From IMG/VR virus record IMGVR_UViG_3300020374_000001: a stretch of DNA of 64,000 bases. The stretch is one strand, 5' to 3'. The stretch is from a virus (taxonomy: Duplodnaviria; Caudoviricetes). The notes under the pieces are model-generated. The model saw only the letters and a program-made list of their open reading frames with translations. It was not told where the DNA came from and made no database searches. Of the stretch, positions 1 through 9,303 are shown one piece after another; the first letter of the stretch is position 1; every line of letters begins with the position of its first letter. The position numbers and the translations under genes were made by a program.

Positions 1-2
1 TT

Positions 3-893
3 CTTGCAAAAGAAGCAAGATATAGAGTATCAGGTCAAATGACATATAGAGGTATTAGTGGCAATGATGGTTTTGAAATGGTCATCAACGCAAATAGTGA
101 ACAGGATGCTGAAGATAAAGCATATAAAGAATTAGATAAAGCAAGAAGTAAAAGAAAAATCGGACCAGGTGGTGGCGGAAGTATAGAAGATGTTGATATA
201 GAAGAAGTAGAAAAAACAAATGATCGTTTAGATCCACCATCGCATTTTAGAGTAAGTCATTATGATCCATCTATGAAAGAAGGTAAGGCACCTTTTAGAT
301 TATCTTATGACGATAGATACGGCAAACACGCTGGTTTTGAAGACGCAAAGACTTTAGCAGATTTACAAAACAAGGCGGCTAATTTAAGAAAAAGAGGATT
401 TGTAATTAATAAAATGGGTAGAAATACATCACCTGTTAAAGAACAAAGAATAAGACCAAAAAGAATGGTAGAGTCAGACCCTATACAATACGGTCCTGAT
501 AAAGTTGCAAAGGCAATGAAAATTGCTGTAAAGAGTGATGGTAATTATAGTGGTGCAGTAAGAGAAATAGAAAAGATTGGTAAAGGTTTATCTAAAGTAT
601 CTACTATTGCAAGAGCATTAAAAACTGCTAATGAAGATGTACACGCAGGTGCTAGAATAGTGTATGAACAAATAAAAGGTCTTAAAAATAAGGCAGAAAA
701 AACAGGTATGCCATATGGCATATTAAAAAAAGTTTACGATAGAGGTATGGCAGCGTGGAGAGGTGGTCATAGACCAGGCACAACTCAACAACAATGGGCA
801 TTTGCTAGAGTAAACTCTTTTGTAACTAAATCATCTGGTACCTGGGGTGGTGCAGATAAAGATTTAGCAAAACAAGTAAGAGGGAAAAATTAA
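3..893 (+). CDS. 5'-truncated modular protein, putative internal head protein; C-terminal DUF5824-like module
   Basis: Frame is open from the window edge; C-terminal GILKKVYDRGMAAW..HRPG..QQWAFARVNSF motif recalled from T4-like and giant viruses; charged modules end in xxE. Confidence 0.5.
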   Translation, partial: LAKEARYRVSGQMTYRGISGNDGFEMVINANSEQDAEDKAYKELDKARSKRKIGPGGGGSIEDVDIEEVEKTNDRLDPPSHFRVSHYDPSMKEGKAPFRLSYDDRYGKHAGFEDAKTLADLQNKAANLRKRGFVINKMGRNTSPVKEQRIRPKRMVESDPIQYGPDKVAKAMKIAVKSDGNYSGAVREIEKIGKGLSKVSTIARALKTANEDVHAGARIVYEQIKGLKNKAEKTGMPYGILKKVYDRGMAAWRGGHRPGTTQQQWAFARVNSFVTKSSGTWGGADKDLAKQVRGKN

Positions 894-894
894 A

Positions 895-1662
895 ATGACA
901 AAGTATTTAAAAACAAAAGATGGTAGTATTGAAGACTTAGCAAAACAAATGCAAAATAAAGTTTTAGAGTCTGACTACCAAGATAAATTTAAAAAGGCGT
1001 TAGACAAAGAAGGTAAACCTTTAGGTCATATGTCAGGTGCAGAAAAGAAAGCATTTTTTAATAAAGTAGATAAAATGCACAAAGGTAAAGACGAAAACGC
1101 TATGTCTATGCCAGACGTAGATAGATTAAAAAAACAAGGTATGAAAAAAGAAGAAACTATTTCTGAAAGAGGAGGTGCTAATACATCTTCAAAACAAGGT
1201 AGTTTTGCTAAAAGTAGAAAACCAAAATACAGATTTGGATATAGAGTTGCAGAAAAAGATCCTGCAAAAGGAAAAGAACTAGAAGAAACTCATACTACTC
1301 AAACTGCTAAGGCAAACAAACAGCAAAAGGATGCTGGTGGTGAGAAAAGTCCTATAAGTCTTATGAAAAATAAATCTATTGATGAGATTACTGCTAACAA
1401 CGGTAAAACTTTTGCACAAATGAGAGCAGAAATAGATGAGGCGTGTTGGGATTCTCATAAACAAGTTGGTACTAAAATGAAAGGTGGCAAACAAGTCCCT
1501 AATTGTGTACCAAAGAATGAGGCAAACGATCCACAATCTGCTGATAAAGGTAAAAAAGAACAAGAAGCAGGCGAAGATACTAGAGATAAAAAGAAAAAAA
1601 CAATGTCAGGTCAAGTTGCAACTTCTCCTGAAATGAATCCTAAAGTAGATTACAAATACTAG
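895..1662 (+). CDS. Lys/Glu-rich putative head-internal protein
   Basis: Contains EACWDSHKQVGTKMKGGKQVPNCVP, a motif typical of marine T4-like phage proteins. Confidence 0.5.
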   Translation: MTKYLKTKDGSIEDLAKQMQNKVLESDYQDKFKKALDKEGKPLGHMSGAEKKAFFNKVDKMHKGKDENAMSMPDVDRLKKQGMKKEETISERGGANTSSKQGSFAKSRKPKYRFGYRVAEKDPAKGKELEETHTTQTAKANKQQKDAGGEKSPISLMKNKSIDEITANNGKTFAQMRAEIDEACWDSHKQVGTKMKGGKQVPNCVPKNEANDPQSADKGKKEQEAGEDTRDKKKKTMSGQVATSPEMNPKVDYKY

Positions 1663-1666
1663 AACT

Positions 1667-2155
1667 ATGAAACCACGTATCTATTGTGATATGGATGGTG
1701 TTCTTTGTGATTTTAAAACTGCCGCTCAAAAGGCAACAGGAATGCCCATAACAAAATGGATGTATTCTAGTAAGACTGAAAAGTGGCAACCTATCAAAGA
1801 CACCCCAAAATTTTGGCACACAATGCCGTGGCAGGCAGGTGGCAGATCGCTATGGTCTTTTATTTCAAAGTATAAACCTCATATATTATCAGCATACGTA
1901 GAAGAAAGTTTTGATCCTAATTGTATACCAGGTAAATCACATTGGGCAAGAACTAAATTAGGTATAGCACCTGGCAGAATCAATCTAGTTAAAAGAGTAC
2001 AGAAACAAAATTACGCAAAAGTAGCAGGTCAACCTGCGATTTTAATAGACGATTATAGAAAAAACACAGACCAATTCACACAAAGAGGTGGTATTGGTAT
2101 ACTTCACACATCCACACCAAATACACTAGCACAACTTAAAAAACTAGGTTTCTAG
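1667..2155 (+). CDS. HAD-family 5'(3')-deoxyribonucleotidase
   Basis: DMDGVLCDF motif I and ILIDDY motif IV. Confidence 0.8.
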   Translation: MKPRIYCDMDGVLCDFKTAAQKATGMPITKWMYSSKTEKWQPIKDTPKFWHTMPWQAGGRSLWSFISKYKPHILSAYVEESFDPNCIPGKSHWARTKLGIAPGRINLVKRVQKQNYAKVAGQPAILIDDYRKNTDQFTQRGGIGILHTSTPNTLAQLKKLGF

Positions 2156-2165
2156 TATCTTTTCT

Positions 2166-2173
2166 TATAAATA
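2166..2173 (+). promoter_or_regulatory. T4-type late promoter TATAAATA
   Basis: Exact gp55 consensus in the intergenic gap before 2228. Confidence 0.75.
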
Positions 2174-2227
2174 TAGCATATACTAACAAATTGAGTACCT
2201 TAACAATTTAACAAGGGAGAGAATAAT

Positions 2228-2512
2228 ATGTCAAGTTGGACAAAAGCAGATTCAGCAGCAGGAGCACCTTTATGGGCAGCGACTATGTTGAATGTAGCAC
2301 CTTCAAGTGCTAATAGAACTTCGTTATATCAAAACACTAGTGCTAATACTTTTATAAGTGGGGCAACTAATGGTTTGTTTAACTACAGCGCTTCTGAAAC
2401 GCAATCTGGTCAGGTTGCTCATTCAGGTTGGGTTCTAAAAACTACTGGTTCAGGTGGACGAGCAGGTAGAGTATCTTATACTACTCTAGTATGTTTAACA
2501 TCTAACTCGTAA
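2228..2512 (+). CDS. Small virion structural protein
   Basis: Late promoter and GGAG RBS; HSGWV...GGRAGRVSYTTLV motif; Ser/Thr/Gly/Ala-rich. Confidence 0.55.
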   Translation: MSSWTKADSAAGAPLWAATMLNVAPSSANRTSLYQNTSANTFISGATNGLFNYSASETQSGQVAHSGWVLKTTGSGGRAGRVSYTTLVCLTSNS

Positions 2513-2526
2513 TAATTAATTTATGG

Positions 2527-2548
2527 GGGCGCTTCGGCGCCCTTATAT
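2527..2548 (+). terminator. C(UUCG)G hairpin terminator
   Basis: GGGCGC-TTCG-GCGCCC followed by an AT-rich tail; identical hairpin at 38340. Confidence 0.75.
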
Positions 2549-2622
2549 ATACTATATGAACAAATTGATCTAGGTGTATGCCTAGAGTAGCATTCCCCAT
2601 AAGGGGTTAACAGGAGAAAAAA

Positions 2623-3090
2623 ATGGCAGATAAAAAAATAACGGCGTTGACCGATCTAGGTGACGCATTAGCAAGTGTGGATTTATTCCACATCATAGAC
2701 GATCCTTCGGGAACACCAATCAACAAAAAAGTAACAGCGGAAGATGTATTTAATAATATACCTTCTTGGTTAGGACTTAAAGACACAGCACAAACTATAA
2801 CAGGTGATGGTTCTTCATCATTAGCAGTTGCAGTAACAGGATCAACAACTCTTGTTAATGCTACAGCAGCTGGTTGTCCTTGTACTTTAGAAGATGGTGC
2901 TAACGGACAAGTAAAAATTATCATTAACAATTCAACTGGCGGAACAAACGCAGTATCAGTTACACCTGCAAACTTTAATGCTGGTTCTGGTACTAAAGTA
3001 AATATAGACGCACCAGGTAGAAGTGTTATGTTAATGTTTAAAAATAGTAAGTGGAATGTGATCGGTGGAAACGGTCAAGTAGTATCGTAA
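2623..3090 (+). CDS. Putative virion structural or fibre-associated protein
   Basis: AGGAG RBS; [13 protein letters not shown]-terminus; beta-rich composition. Confidence 0.5.
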   Translation: MADKKITALTDLGDALASVDLFHIIDDPSGTPINKKVTAEDVFNNIPSWLGLKDTAQTITGDGSSSLAVAVTGSTTLVNATAAGCPCTLEDGANGQVKIIINNSTGGTNAVSVTPANFNAGSGTKVNIDAPGRSVMLMFKNSKWNVIGGNGQVVS

Positions 3091-3109
3091 TAATAAGGAG
3101 TATTAAATT

Positions 3110-3313
3110 ATGGCATTGAATGAAAAAATCTTGCAAGAAGAATTAGCAGTATTGCAAGCTGATTTTGATAAAACAAAAAAGAATGTAGAGAACCTAGAAA
3201 AAGAAGTTTCTACTCAAAGAAACAACTTAAACGCAATCTATGGTGCTTTACAACAAACTGAAAAACTTTATAAGTTAAGTAAGGGAGAAAGTACAGATGG
3301 TAAAAAAGTTTAA
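3110..3313 (+). CDS. Small coiled-coil protein (possible fibre chaperone)
   Basis: AAGGAG RBS; heptad pattern. Confidence 0.5.
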   Translation: MALNEKILQEELAVLQADFDKTKKNVENLEKEVSTQRNNLNAIYGALQQTEKLYKLSKGESTDGKKV

Positions 3314-3506
3314 ATCTTTTGTTGAACAAAAAGATATTGAAGACTTTGAAGAAGATGTTTTAGGAGAAAGTCCACCTAATACTGCTGACGCAATGAAACG
3401 TCATAAGGCAGGTAAGGCAGGGTTCGGAGACATCACCCATTTAAAAGCTAAGGGACTGATACCTCGTAGCGATGGTAAAAAGAAAGTATCAGACAAATAC
3501 AAATAG
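3297..3506 (+). CDS. Hypothetical protein with CTS-like N-terminus
   Basis: MVKKFKSFVE; GGAG RBS. Confidence 0.5.
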   Translation: MVKKFKSFVEQKDIEDFEEDVLGESPPNTADAMKRHKAGKAGFGDITHLKAKGLIPRSDGKKKVSDKYK

Positions 3507-3514
3507 AGGAAAAA

Positions 3515-3958
3515 ATGAAAACTTTTAAACAACACGTTAAAGAACATAAAGGTTCTGAAAAAACTGCTGCCGCTGTTGGATCACAAACTACAAATTCAGT
3601 AGAAGATTCTTCAATAGGAGCACATAATATTCAGGACGAGGCTGTTCTTCAAAAAGTTAACGCATTTGTTGGTTCTATTGCCGAAAGGGAATACTTACAA
3701 CCGCAATTTGCAGTTGACGAATTAAGAGAAAAACTACAACGAATAGGTCTTACTTGTGGAGATTGTAATATACAAGGTGAATCAGGTAAAACAACCGTTG
3801 AATTGAAACAATTTGGTGGAAGATTTGGTAAAGATACCGATGGTGCCGATATAAATGATGATGGTATATCTCATAGAAAAGAGGGTGGATTAAAGATGGA
3901 AGTATCTTATGAAACTCTAAAAAACGGAACATCAAAGGTCTACGCTAAATTAGTGTAG
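3515..3958 (+). CDS. Hypothetical protein with CTS-like N-terminus
   Basis: MKTFKQHVKE resembles the T4 internal-protein capsid targeting sequence MKTYQEFIAE. Confidence 0.55.
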   Translation: MKTFKQHVKEHKGSEKTAAAVGSQTTNSVEDSSIGAHNIQDEAVLQKVNAFVGSIAEREYLQPQFAVDELREKLQRIGLTCGDCNIQGESGKTTVELKQFGGRFGKDTDGADINDDGISHRKEGGLKMEVSYETLKNGTSKVYAKLV

Positions 3959-3960
3959 TA

Positions 3961-4323
3961 ATGTTCAAAGAGATAACCAAAGATAATTGGATGCTGTATG
4001 CACAGCAAAATTATGATAATCCTACACTTGAAAAAGAGAAGGAACTATATGATGATATTAAAAGATTCAAATATCTTAAAAGGTTATTTCGTAGATATAA
4101 GTTAACAGGTGAAATAAAAGTAAGACTAATTGTTAATCACGTCATAGTTTTACAAAATGTTTTTGGTGTAGAGGCCGCTTGTGTATTATTATTATACAAG
4201 ATAGACGAACAATATTGGTCAATACTAAAAACGGTTTTAAAACATTTAGATTACTTGTATCCACACGAACTAAAAGATGTTGAGATAGACGAGAACATTT
4301 TAAAATTGTTAAAGGAAATGTAA
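3961..4323 (+). CDS. Conserved T4-like phage hypothetical protein
   Basis: YDNP..DIKRFKYLKRL..RLIVNHVIVLQNVFG motif. Confidence 0.6.
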   Translation: MFKEITKDNWMLYAQQNYDNPTLEKEKELYDDIKRFKYLKRLFRRYKLTGEIKVRLIVNHVIVLQNVFGVEAACVLLLYKIDEQYWSILKTVLKHLDYLYPHELKDVEIDENILKLLKEM

Positions 4324-4808
4324 TGGCAAATAGACCAGTAGATTTATTGATCGCATATAGAGTTATTAAAATGCTAGTAACGCCTTTTGATAAACAACCT
4401 GCTTTTAAGTATGGTATAATTGATAAGAATGGTAAAGTATTAAAGAAATATAATACTATAAAAGGAACAAATGAAAAGCGTTCTTATACTATTTTACACA
4501 GGTTTGTTTTCAACTTAAAAAGAATACTTGCAAAAGTAGGTATTAGAGGTAAGTTAGGATCGTTTGCAGTTGCAGCCGCTTTATTATTAAAAGAAAACAA
4601 AAGATATTTTCAGCATAAAGAAGTAATAGAGTCTGCTGTTATAACATATCTAAAAGAAAATAATCTCTACGAAGAAATATTAAATGAAAGCAGAGAGATA
4701 CCAGAGGTAAATACAGATGATAAATTATTCTGTACTTGTTTTGGTGTTGATGTATTTGAAAGAGATGGAGAATTAGTATCGGAGTTTGAATATGCCCAAA
4801 CATTATAA
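4323..4808 (+). CDS. Conserved T4-like phage hypothetical protein
   Basis: LVTPFDK..AFKYGIIDKNGK..LHRFVFNLKR motif; TAATG coupling. Confidence 0.6.
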   Translation: MANRPVDLLIAYRVIKMLVTPFDKQPAFKYGIIDKNGKVLKKYNTIKGTNEKRSYTILHRFVFNLKRILAKVGIRGKLGSFAVAAALLLKENKRYFQHKEVIESAVITYLKENNLYEEILNESREIPEVNTDDKLFCTCFGVDVFERDGELVSEFEYAQTL

Positions 4809-5136
4809 AGAAATGATGGATGAAATCATCAACAAGATTGATGAAGACGCACCAGCAAATGCTGTTGGTGATGGAGGTAATGTTGCATTACCACCTAAAC
4901 ACGAACCAGGTGTTAAGAAAGATAAAAGAAAAGAAATAGATCCGTTAATGTATGCTAAACCTCTTAAAAGAAAAATAAAAGAGAGTGATGACAATAACAA
5001 TGTAGTATTACGAGGTGTTATTGAAAAGATAGAAAATATAGAACAAGCATTAGATGAAAAATTAAACGGTAAAACAGAATTTAAAATAGAAGATAAAGAA
5101 GAATATAAAACATTTAAGGACAAATATAATGGTTAA
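4786..5136 (+). CDS. Hypothetical protein (start may be 4792)
   Basis: DEDAPANAVG motif; overlaps neighbours as in an operon. Confidence 0.5.
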   Translation: MNMPKHYKEMMDEIINKIDEDAPANAVGDGGNVALPPKHEPGVKKDKRKEIDPLMYAKPLKRKIKESDDNNNVVLRGVIEKIENIEQALDEKLNGKTEFKIEDKEEYKTFKDKYNG

Positions 5137-5383
5137 AAGATTTAAAGAATATCTTGGTGTATCTACTATTAGAGTAAGTGGTTTAGACGCAATACAACCT
5201 ATGTCATCTTTGAGTAGAAAAGGTACGGACATTGCACCTAAAGGTAAAGGTGGAAGAGATAGACGTGCCGTAGGTTTAGTTGCAGGAACTGGTGATTCAG
5301 TTTCTACTTCAGCAGAACCTACTACAATGGATCCTACTATATCTATGGTAAACGCAAAAGTACAAGATAAGAAAAAGAAATGA
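5129..5383 (+). CDS. Hypothetical protein with CTS-like N-terminus
   Basis: MVKRFKEYL. Confidence 0.45.
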   Translation: MVKRFKEYLGVSTIRVSGLDAIQPMSSLSRKGTDIAPKGKGGRDRRAVGLVAGTGDSVSTSAEPTTMDPTISMVNAKVQDKKKK

Positions 5384-5391
5384 GATAATTT

Positions 5392-6060
5392 ATGTGGCCT
5401 CGTTATGTAGTGCGTGATAATTTTTTGAGTAAAAAACATTTTGATAGTATTAAAGATATTGAGTTTGATACAAAACCTAACGATTGGGATATCTATAAAC
5501 ATAAGATATACAATGACGGAAAAATAGAAATAGGTTTTCAATCTTCAACAGGTGTTTCATCTTATACTGCTGAAGATATTAGAGGATATGGTGCTAAGAA
5601 TAGACTACCTAAAAAAGTTACCGAAAAGATGTTAAGACAACATCAACGTAAAGAAGGTAACTCTCCTTTAAGTGAAGAAGATATTAGAGAAATACATAAT
5701 ACTTACCACGACCAGATGATAAACTGGTTAAAAGAACTCGCACCAGAAAAATTACAATATTATTGGTACACAGAATTAAATGTTGTAAACAATGGCAAAA
5801 ATCATATCTTTCCTATACATAGTGATAGTAGAGATAAATTATTAAGTGTAGTAATTTATATTGCACCTGAAGTGAATGAAGGCACGACCTTGTATGAGGA
5901 CAAGTCAGGTCAGAATCCAAAACAAATAGAATGGATTCCAAATCGTGCTTTTGTTTTTAGTAGAAACGATCATACCTGGCATAGTTATAAAGCAGATGGC
6001 AAAAATAATAGATTGACATTAGTTTATAATTTGCGATCAGATAAGTATTGGAAGAAATAA
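5392..6060 (+). CDS. 2OG-Fe(II) oxygenase
   Basis: HSD...GT...WHSY...R facial triad and 2OG-binding Arg. Confidence 0.75.
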   Translation: MWPRYVVRDNFLSKKHFDSIKDIEFDTKPNDWDIYKHKIYNDGKIEIGFQSSTGVSSYTAEDIRGYGAKNRLPKKVTEKMLRQHQRKEGNSPLSEEDIREIHNTYHDQMINWLKELAPEKLQYYWYTELNVVNNGKNHIFPIHSDSRDKLLSVVIYIAPEVNEGTTLYEDKSGQNPKQIEWIPNRAFVFSRNDHTWHSYKADGKNNRLTLVYNLRSDKYWKK

Positions 6061-6326
6061 TGTTTAGAATATTTGGATTATTATGTATAGTAAATTCATT
6101 AAATGCTGTAGATTGTACTACGCATTATAGAACTGATTTAAAAGTTTATAACACACGTGAAGAATGTGAGTTAGCACAAGCACCTATAATGGAAGATACT
6201 TTGAAACAATTTAAACATTTAGGTTTTGAATATCAAAGTTTTCAAATGGGTTGTGAAGAAATAACTGCCGAACAATTTAGACAATGGCAAATAGATAAGA
6301 TGAATAGTACAGATGATGAAATTTGA
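6060..6326 (+). CDS. Small Cys-containing protein
   Basis: ATG at 6060 coupled to the upstream TAA; four Cys (LLC, DC, EECE, MGC). Confidence 0.5.
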   Translation: MFRIFGLLCIVNSLNAVDCTTHYRTDLKVYNTREECELAQAPIMEDTLKQFKHLGFEYQSFQMGCEEITAEQFRQWQIDKMNSTDDEI

Positions 6327-7056
6327 TGAAACAGGTATCGTAAACTATCACGGTGAAGCAGTAAAATTTTATACGCCTACTAGAAAGACAGCAGGTAGAG
6401 TTAAGAAAATTTTTAGAAAAGAACCGATTACAATAACTTGGATGGATAATATGAAACCAGGTGATATTGTAATTGATATAGGGGCAAATGTAGGTATGTA
6501 TTCTCTTATGAGTGCTGTAAGTAGAAAAGCAAATGTATATGCGTTTGAACCTGAGGCAAGTAATTATAATTTACTATGTCAAAATATAAGATTAAATAAT
6601 GTACAACATAAAGTAACTGCTTATTGTGCTGGTAATTTAGACTATGATGGTTTTTCTGTTTTAAATATTGCACAAAATAGAGATGTAGGACCAGGTGGTT
6701 CTTGTCATACGGTTGACGAAGAAAAAAATTTTGATTTAAGTAAAATGAATGTTGCTTTTAAACAAGGTATTAATATAATTAAATTAGATACTTTTTGTAA
6801 GCAAATGAATATAGTGCCAGATCACATTAAGATGGATGTTGATGGTTTAGAACATAGAGTTATAGACGGTGCTGTAGATTCAATTCAAAAATCAAAAACG
6901 GTAATAATAGAATTGAATACAAACCTAACGGAACACAACAATGCTGTTGAAAAAATGAAATCATTAGGTTTTAAATTAGACGAAACGCAAGTAAAACAAG
7001 CATTAAGAACAGGTGGTACTTTCCTCAATGTAGGGGAACACTTGTTCTATAAATAG
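6313..7056 (+). CDS. FkbM-family SAM methyltransferase
   Basis: DIGANVG, AFEP and IKMDVDG motifs. Confidence 0.85.
   Translation: MMKFDETGIVNYHGEAVKFYTPTRKTAGRVKKIFRKEPITITWMDNMKPGDIVIDIGANVGMYSLMSAVSRKANVYAFEPEASNYNLLCQNIRLNNVQHKVTAYCAGNLDYDGFSVLNIAQNRDVGPGGSCHTVDEEKNFDLSKMNVAFKQGINIIKLDTFCKQMNIVPDHIKMDVDGLEHRVIDGAVDSIQKSKTVIIELNTNLTEHNNAVEKMKSLGFKLDETQVKQALRTGGTFLNVGEHLFYK
7048..7055 (+). promoter_or_regulatory. T4-type late promoter TATAAATA
   Basis: Exact consensus 16 nt before the ATG at 7072. Confidence 0.7.
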
Positions 7057-7071
7057 TAGAGGAAGAAATAT

Positions 7072-7659
7072 ATGGAACTATTAATAAGTTTAGCGATGAA
7101 GTTTTGGATGTGGACTATATTAATTATAGTTGTAATCCTAGGATCACTTATCAATTTACTTGATAAAAAGAAACCTAGATGCTACACATTCAAATCAAGT
7201 AAAATGCCAGTATTAATACCTATACCTATCAAAACAAAAGGTAAGGGTTTCTGGAAAGGTATACTTTTGTGGTTACTCGGTGTCAGACATTGGGAACTTG
7301 CTGAAGATTACCATTACGAATTAAACGACAAAAAATTTGTCATACCTGCTGGGTTTAAATTTGACGGTGCAAGCATACCTAAATTTTTGCATCCGTTTTT
7401 TTCACCTGTAGGAGTGTTATTAATGGGTGGTCTTGTACACGATTATGCGTATAAGTATCAAACATTATTAATGAAGAATAAGAAAGATACCCTTGGTGTT
7501 ATATCTCAAAAAAGAGCAGACGAAATCTTTAGAGATATTAATATCAATGTAAATGGTTTCTATCTTATGAACTATCTCGCATATTGGTCATTAAGAATAG
7601 GTGGCTTTGTTGCGTGGAATGGGCATAGAAAAAGAAATGCCAAAATAAAAGGAGTATAA
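7072..7659 (+). CDS. DUF1353-family membrane-anchored protein
   Basis: IPAGFKFDGASIP...LVHDYAY...ADEIF; N-terminal TM helix. Confidence 0.75.
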   Translation: MELLISLAMKFWMWTILIIVVILGSLINLLDKKKPRCYTFKSSKMPVLIPIPIKTKGKGFWKGILLWLLGVRHWELAEDYHYELNDKKFVIPAGFKFDGASIPKFLHPFFSPVGVLLMGGLVHDYAYKYQTLLMKNKKDTLGVISQKRADEIFRDININVNGFYLMNYLAYWSLRIGGFVAWNGHRKRNAKIKGV

Positions 7660-7661
7660 AA

Positions 7662-7763
7662 ATGTTTTTTACAATCGGAATAATTATCGGTATAGTTATT
7701 GGTTGGGTTGCAAACGAAAAATGGGACTGGATCAAAGACAAAGCCGTATTTTGGAAGAAGTAA
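7662..7763 (+). CDS. 33-aa single-TM protein (not in ORF track)
   Basis: AAGGAG RBS; MFFTIGIIIGIVIGWVANEKWDWIKDKAVFWKK. Confidence 0.55.
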   Translation: MFFTIGIIIGIVIGWVANEKWDWIKDKAVFWKK

Positions 7764-7766
7764 ATT

Positions 7767-8234
7767 ATGTTAGGAATTAGATTATTTTTAATTGGAATAC
7801 TCGCTAGCGCCGTAGTAGGCGCTGGCGTTTATGTGATGAAGTTGAGATCAGATAATGCTATTTTAAAAGCAAACGCTGTGAAAATGGAAGAAGCAATTTC
7901 AGATCAACAAGAACTAATCACACAACAAAAAGAAGATTTTAAAGAGATTATGGCTGCTAATCAAAAGATGAATGAGTTAGTAGGTAATCTTAAAAAAGAT
8001 TTAGAAGACCTTGATAAAAGGTTTAATAAAAACAATAGAGATTTTGGTAAACTTGCTTTAGAAAAAACAGGTGCCATTGAAAGAATAATTAACAAAGGTT
8101 CAGTAGCGGCTGCTAGATGTATAGAAATTGCTAGTGGTGCTGAACTTACTGAAGAGGAAATAAATGCTACAAAGAAGTCTGAAATTAATAGGGAGTGTCC
8201 TAGTATCGCTAATCCTAATTACGTCCCTTACTAG
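7767..8234 (+). CDS. Putative i-spanin (Rz-like)
   Basis: N-terminal TM, long coiled coil, C-terminal Cys; overlaps a lipoprotein gene. Confidence 0.6.
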   Translation: MLGIRLFLIGILASAVVGAGVYVMKLRSDNAILKANAVKMEEAISDQQELITQQKEDFKEIMAANQKMNELVGNLKKDLEDLDKRFNKNNRDFGKLALEKTGAIERIINKGSVAAARCIEIASGAELTEEEINATKKSEINRECPSIANPNYVPY

Positions 8235-8553
8235 TTGTTCGGGTGTAAAAGAGTTAACGATATTTAAGAAAAAAGTTGAGAGAGAAAAACTCAATATAGA
8301 CAAACCCACACCATTACAATTAGAACAATTGAGATGGATCATTATCACTAGTGAGAACGCTGAGGAAGTGTTTAAAAGACTAGAGGAAGAGGGTATTGAT
8401 CCTGTGCTATTTGGTCTAACAGACAAAGACTTTCAATTAATTGCCAAAAATTTTGCAAGGATTCGTAATCAATTAAAAATCACCAACGATTTGCTTGATA
8501 AATATAAGGAGTATTACGAACCTGAAGTAAAGGATGAAAAAGATGGCGAATAA
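8164..8553 (+). CDS. Putative o-spanin lipoprotein (Rz1-like)
   Basis: Lipobox LTS-C; overlaps the 3' end of the i-spanin candidate in another frame. Confidence 0.6.
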   Translation: MLQRSLKLIGSVLVSLILITSLTSCSGVKELTIFKKKVEREKLNIDKPTPLQLEQLRWIIITSENAEEVFKRLEEEGIDPVLFGLTDKDFQLIAKNFARIRNQLKITNDLLDKYKEYYEPEVKDEKDGE

Positions 8554-9001
8554 CAGATTAGATATATCGGACAGCACGGCTATCAGTATGCCTATGAGGA
8601 ATTTAATTTCCATAGTTGCTGCTGTTGCAGTTGGCGTTTGGGCATACTTCGGTGTGTTAGAGCGTATCACAATGCTTGAAACAAAATCTACACTTGCTGA
8701 AAAAGACTTAAATCAGGCAATAGAAACAATAGGTGCTGATTTAGAAAAGAATACAGAATTTAGAATTAAGTGGCCTCGTGGAGAAATGGGATCACTACCT
8801 GCTGACTCGGAGCAATTTATGTTGATTGAGCACATTGCAGGCCAAGTGGAAGCCATACAAAAACAAATGGAAAATATGATGAACAATGGGGTCAACATCA
8901 AAAGATTACAAGAGGATGTAAAAATCCTTAGAGAAGATGTTGAGAAATTAAAGGATAGTAATAGAAGTATTATCTATCAAAATGGGAGTAAAACACAATG
9001 A
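8543..9001 (+). CDS. Single-TM coiled-coil protein
   Basis: TM LISIVAAVAVGVWAYFGVL followed by heptads; start may be 8534. Confidence 0.55.
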   Translation: MANNRLDISDSTAISMPMRNLISIVAAVAVGVWAYFGVLERITMLETKSTLAEKDLNQAIETIGADLEKNTEFRIKWPRGEMGSLPADSEQFMLIEHIAGQVEAIQKQMENMMNNGVNIKRLQEDVKILREDVEKLKDSNRSIIYQNGSKTQ

Positions 9002-9303
9002 AAAAATTAACTAGTATATTATTTTTATTATTGTTTACAACTAGCGTATTTGCAGCTAAATTATATACTGGTGGAGAAAAGTATGAGAAAGATGGTGTTA
9101 TTGCTTTAACACTAACACTTAACGGAAAATTAATTGAATGGGTTTACAAAGAAAATTTAAGTCAATGCTTAAAATCTAAAAGGGTAGCAAGTAGAGAAGT
9201 AGGCGGCGAAAGAGTTATATTTGCTTGTAGATCAGTAAAAGCATTATTACAAGAAGACAAACAAGCAAAATACGGAATAAGGTTACTTAAAATATTAAAC
9301 TAA
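8998..9303 (+). CDS. Secreted Cys-pair protein
   Basis: Signal peptide ending VFA; ENLSQCLKSKR motif. Confidence 0.55.
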   Translation: MKKLTSILFLLLFTTSVFAAKLYTGGEKYEKDGVIALTLTLNGKLIEWVYKENLSQCLKSKRVASREVGGERVIFACRSVKALLQEDKQAKYGIRLLKILN

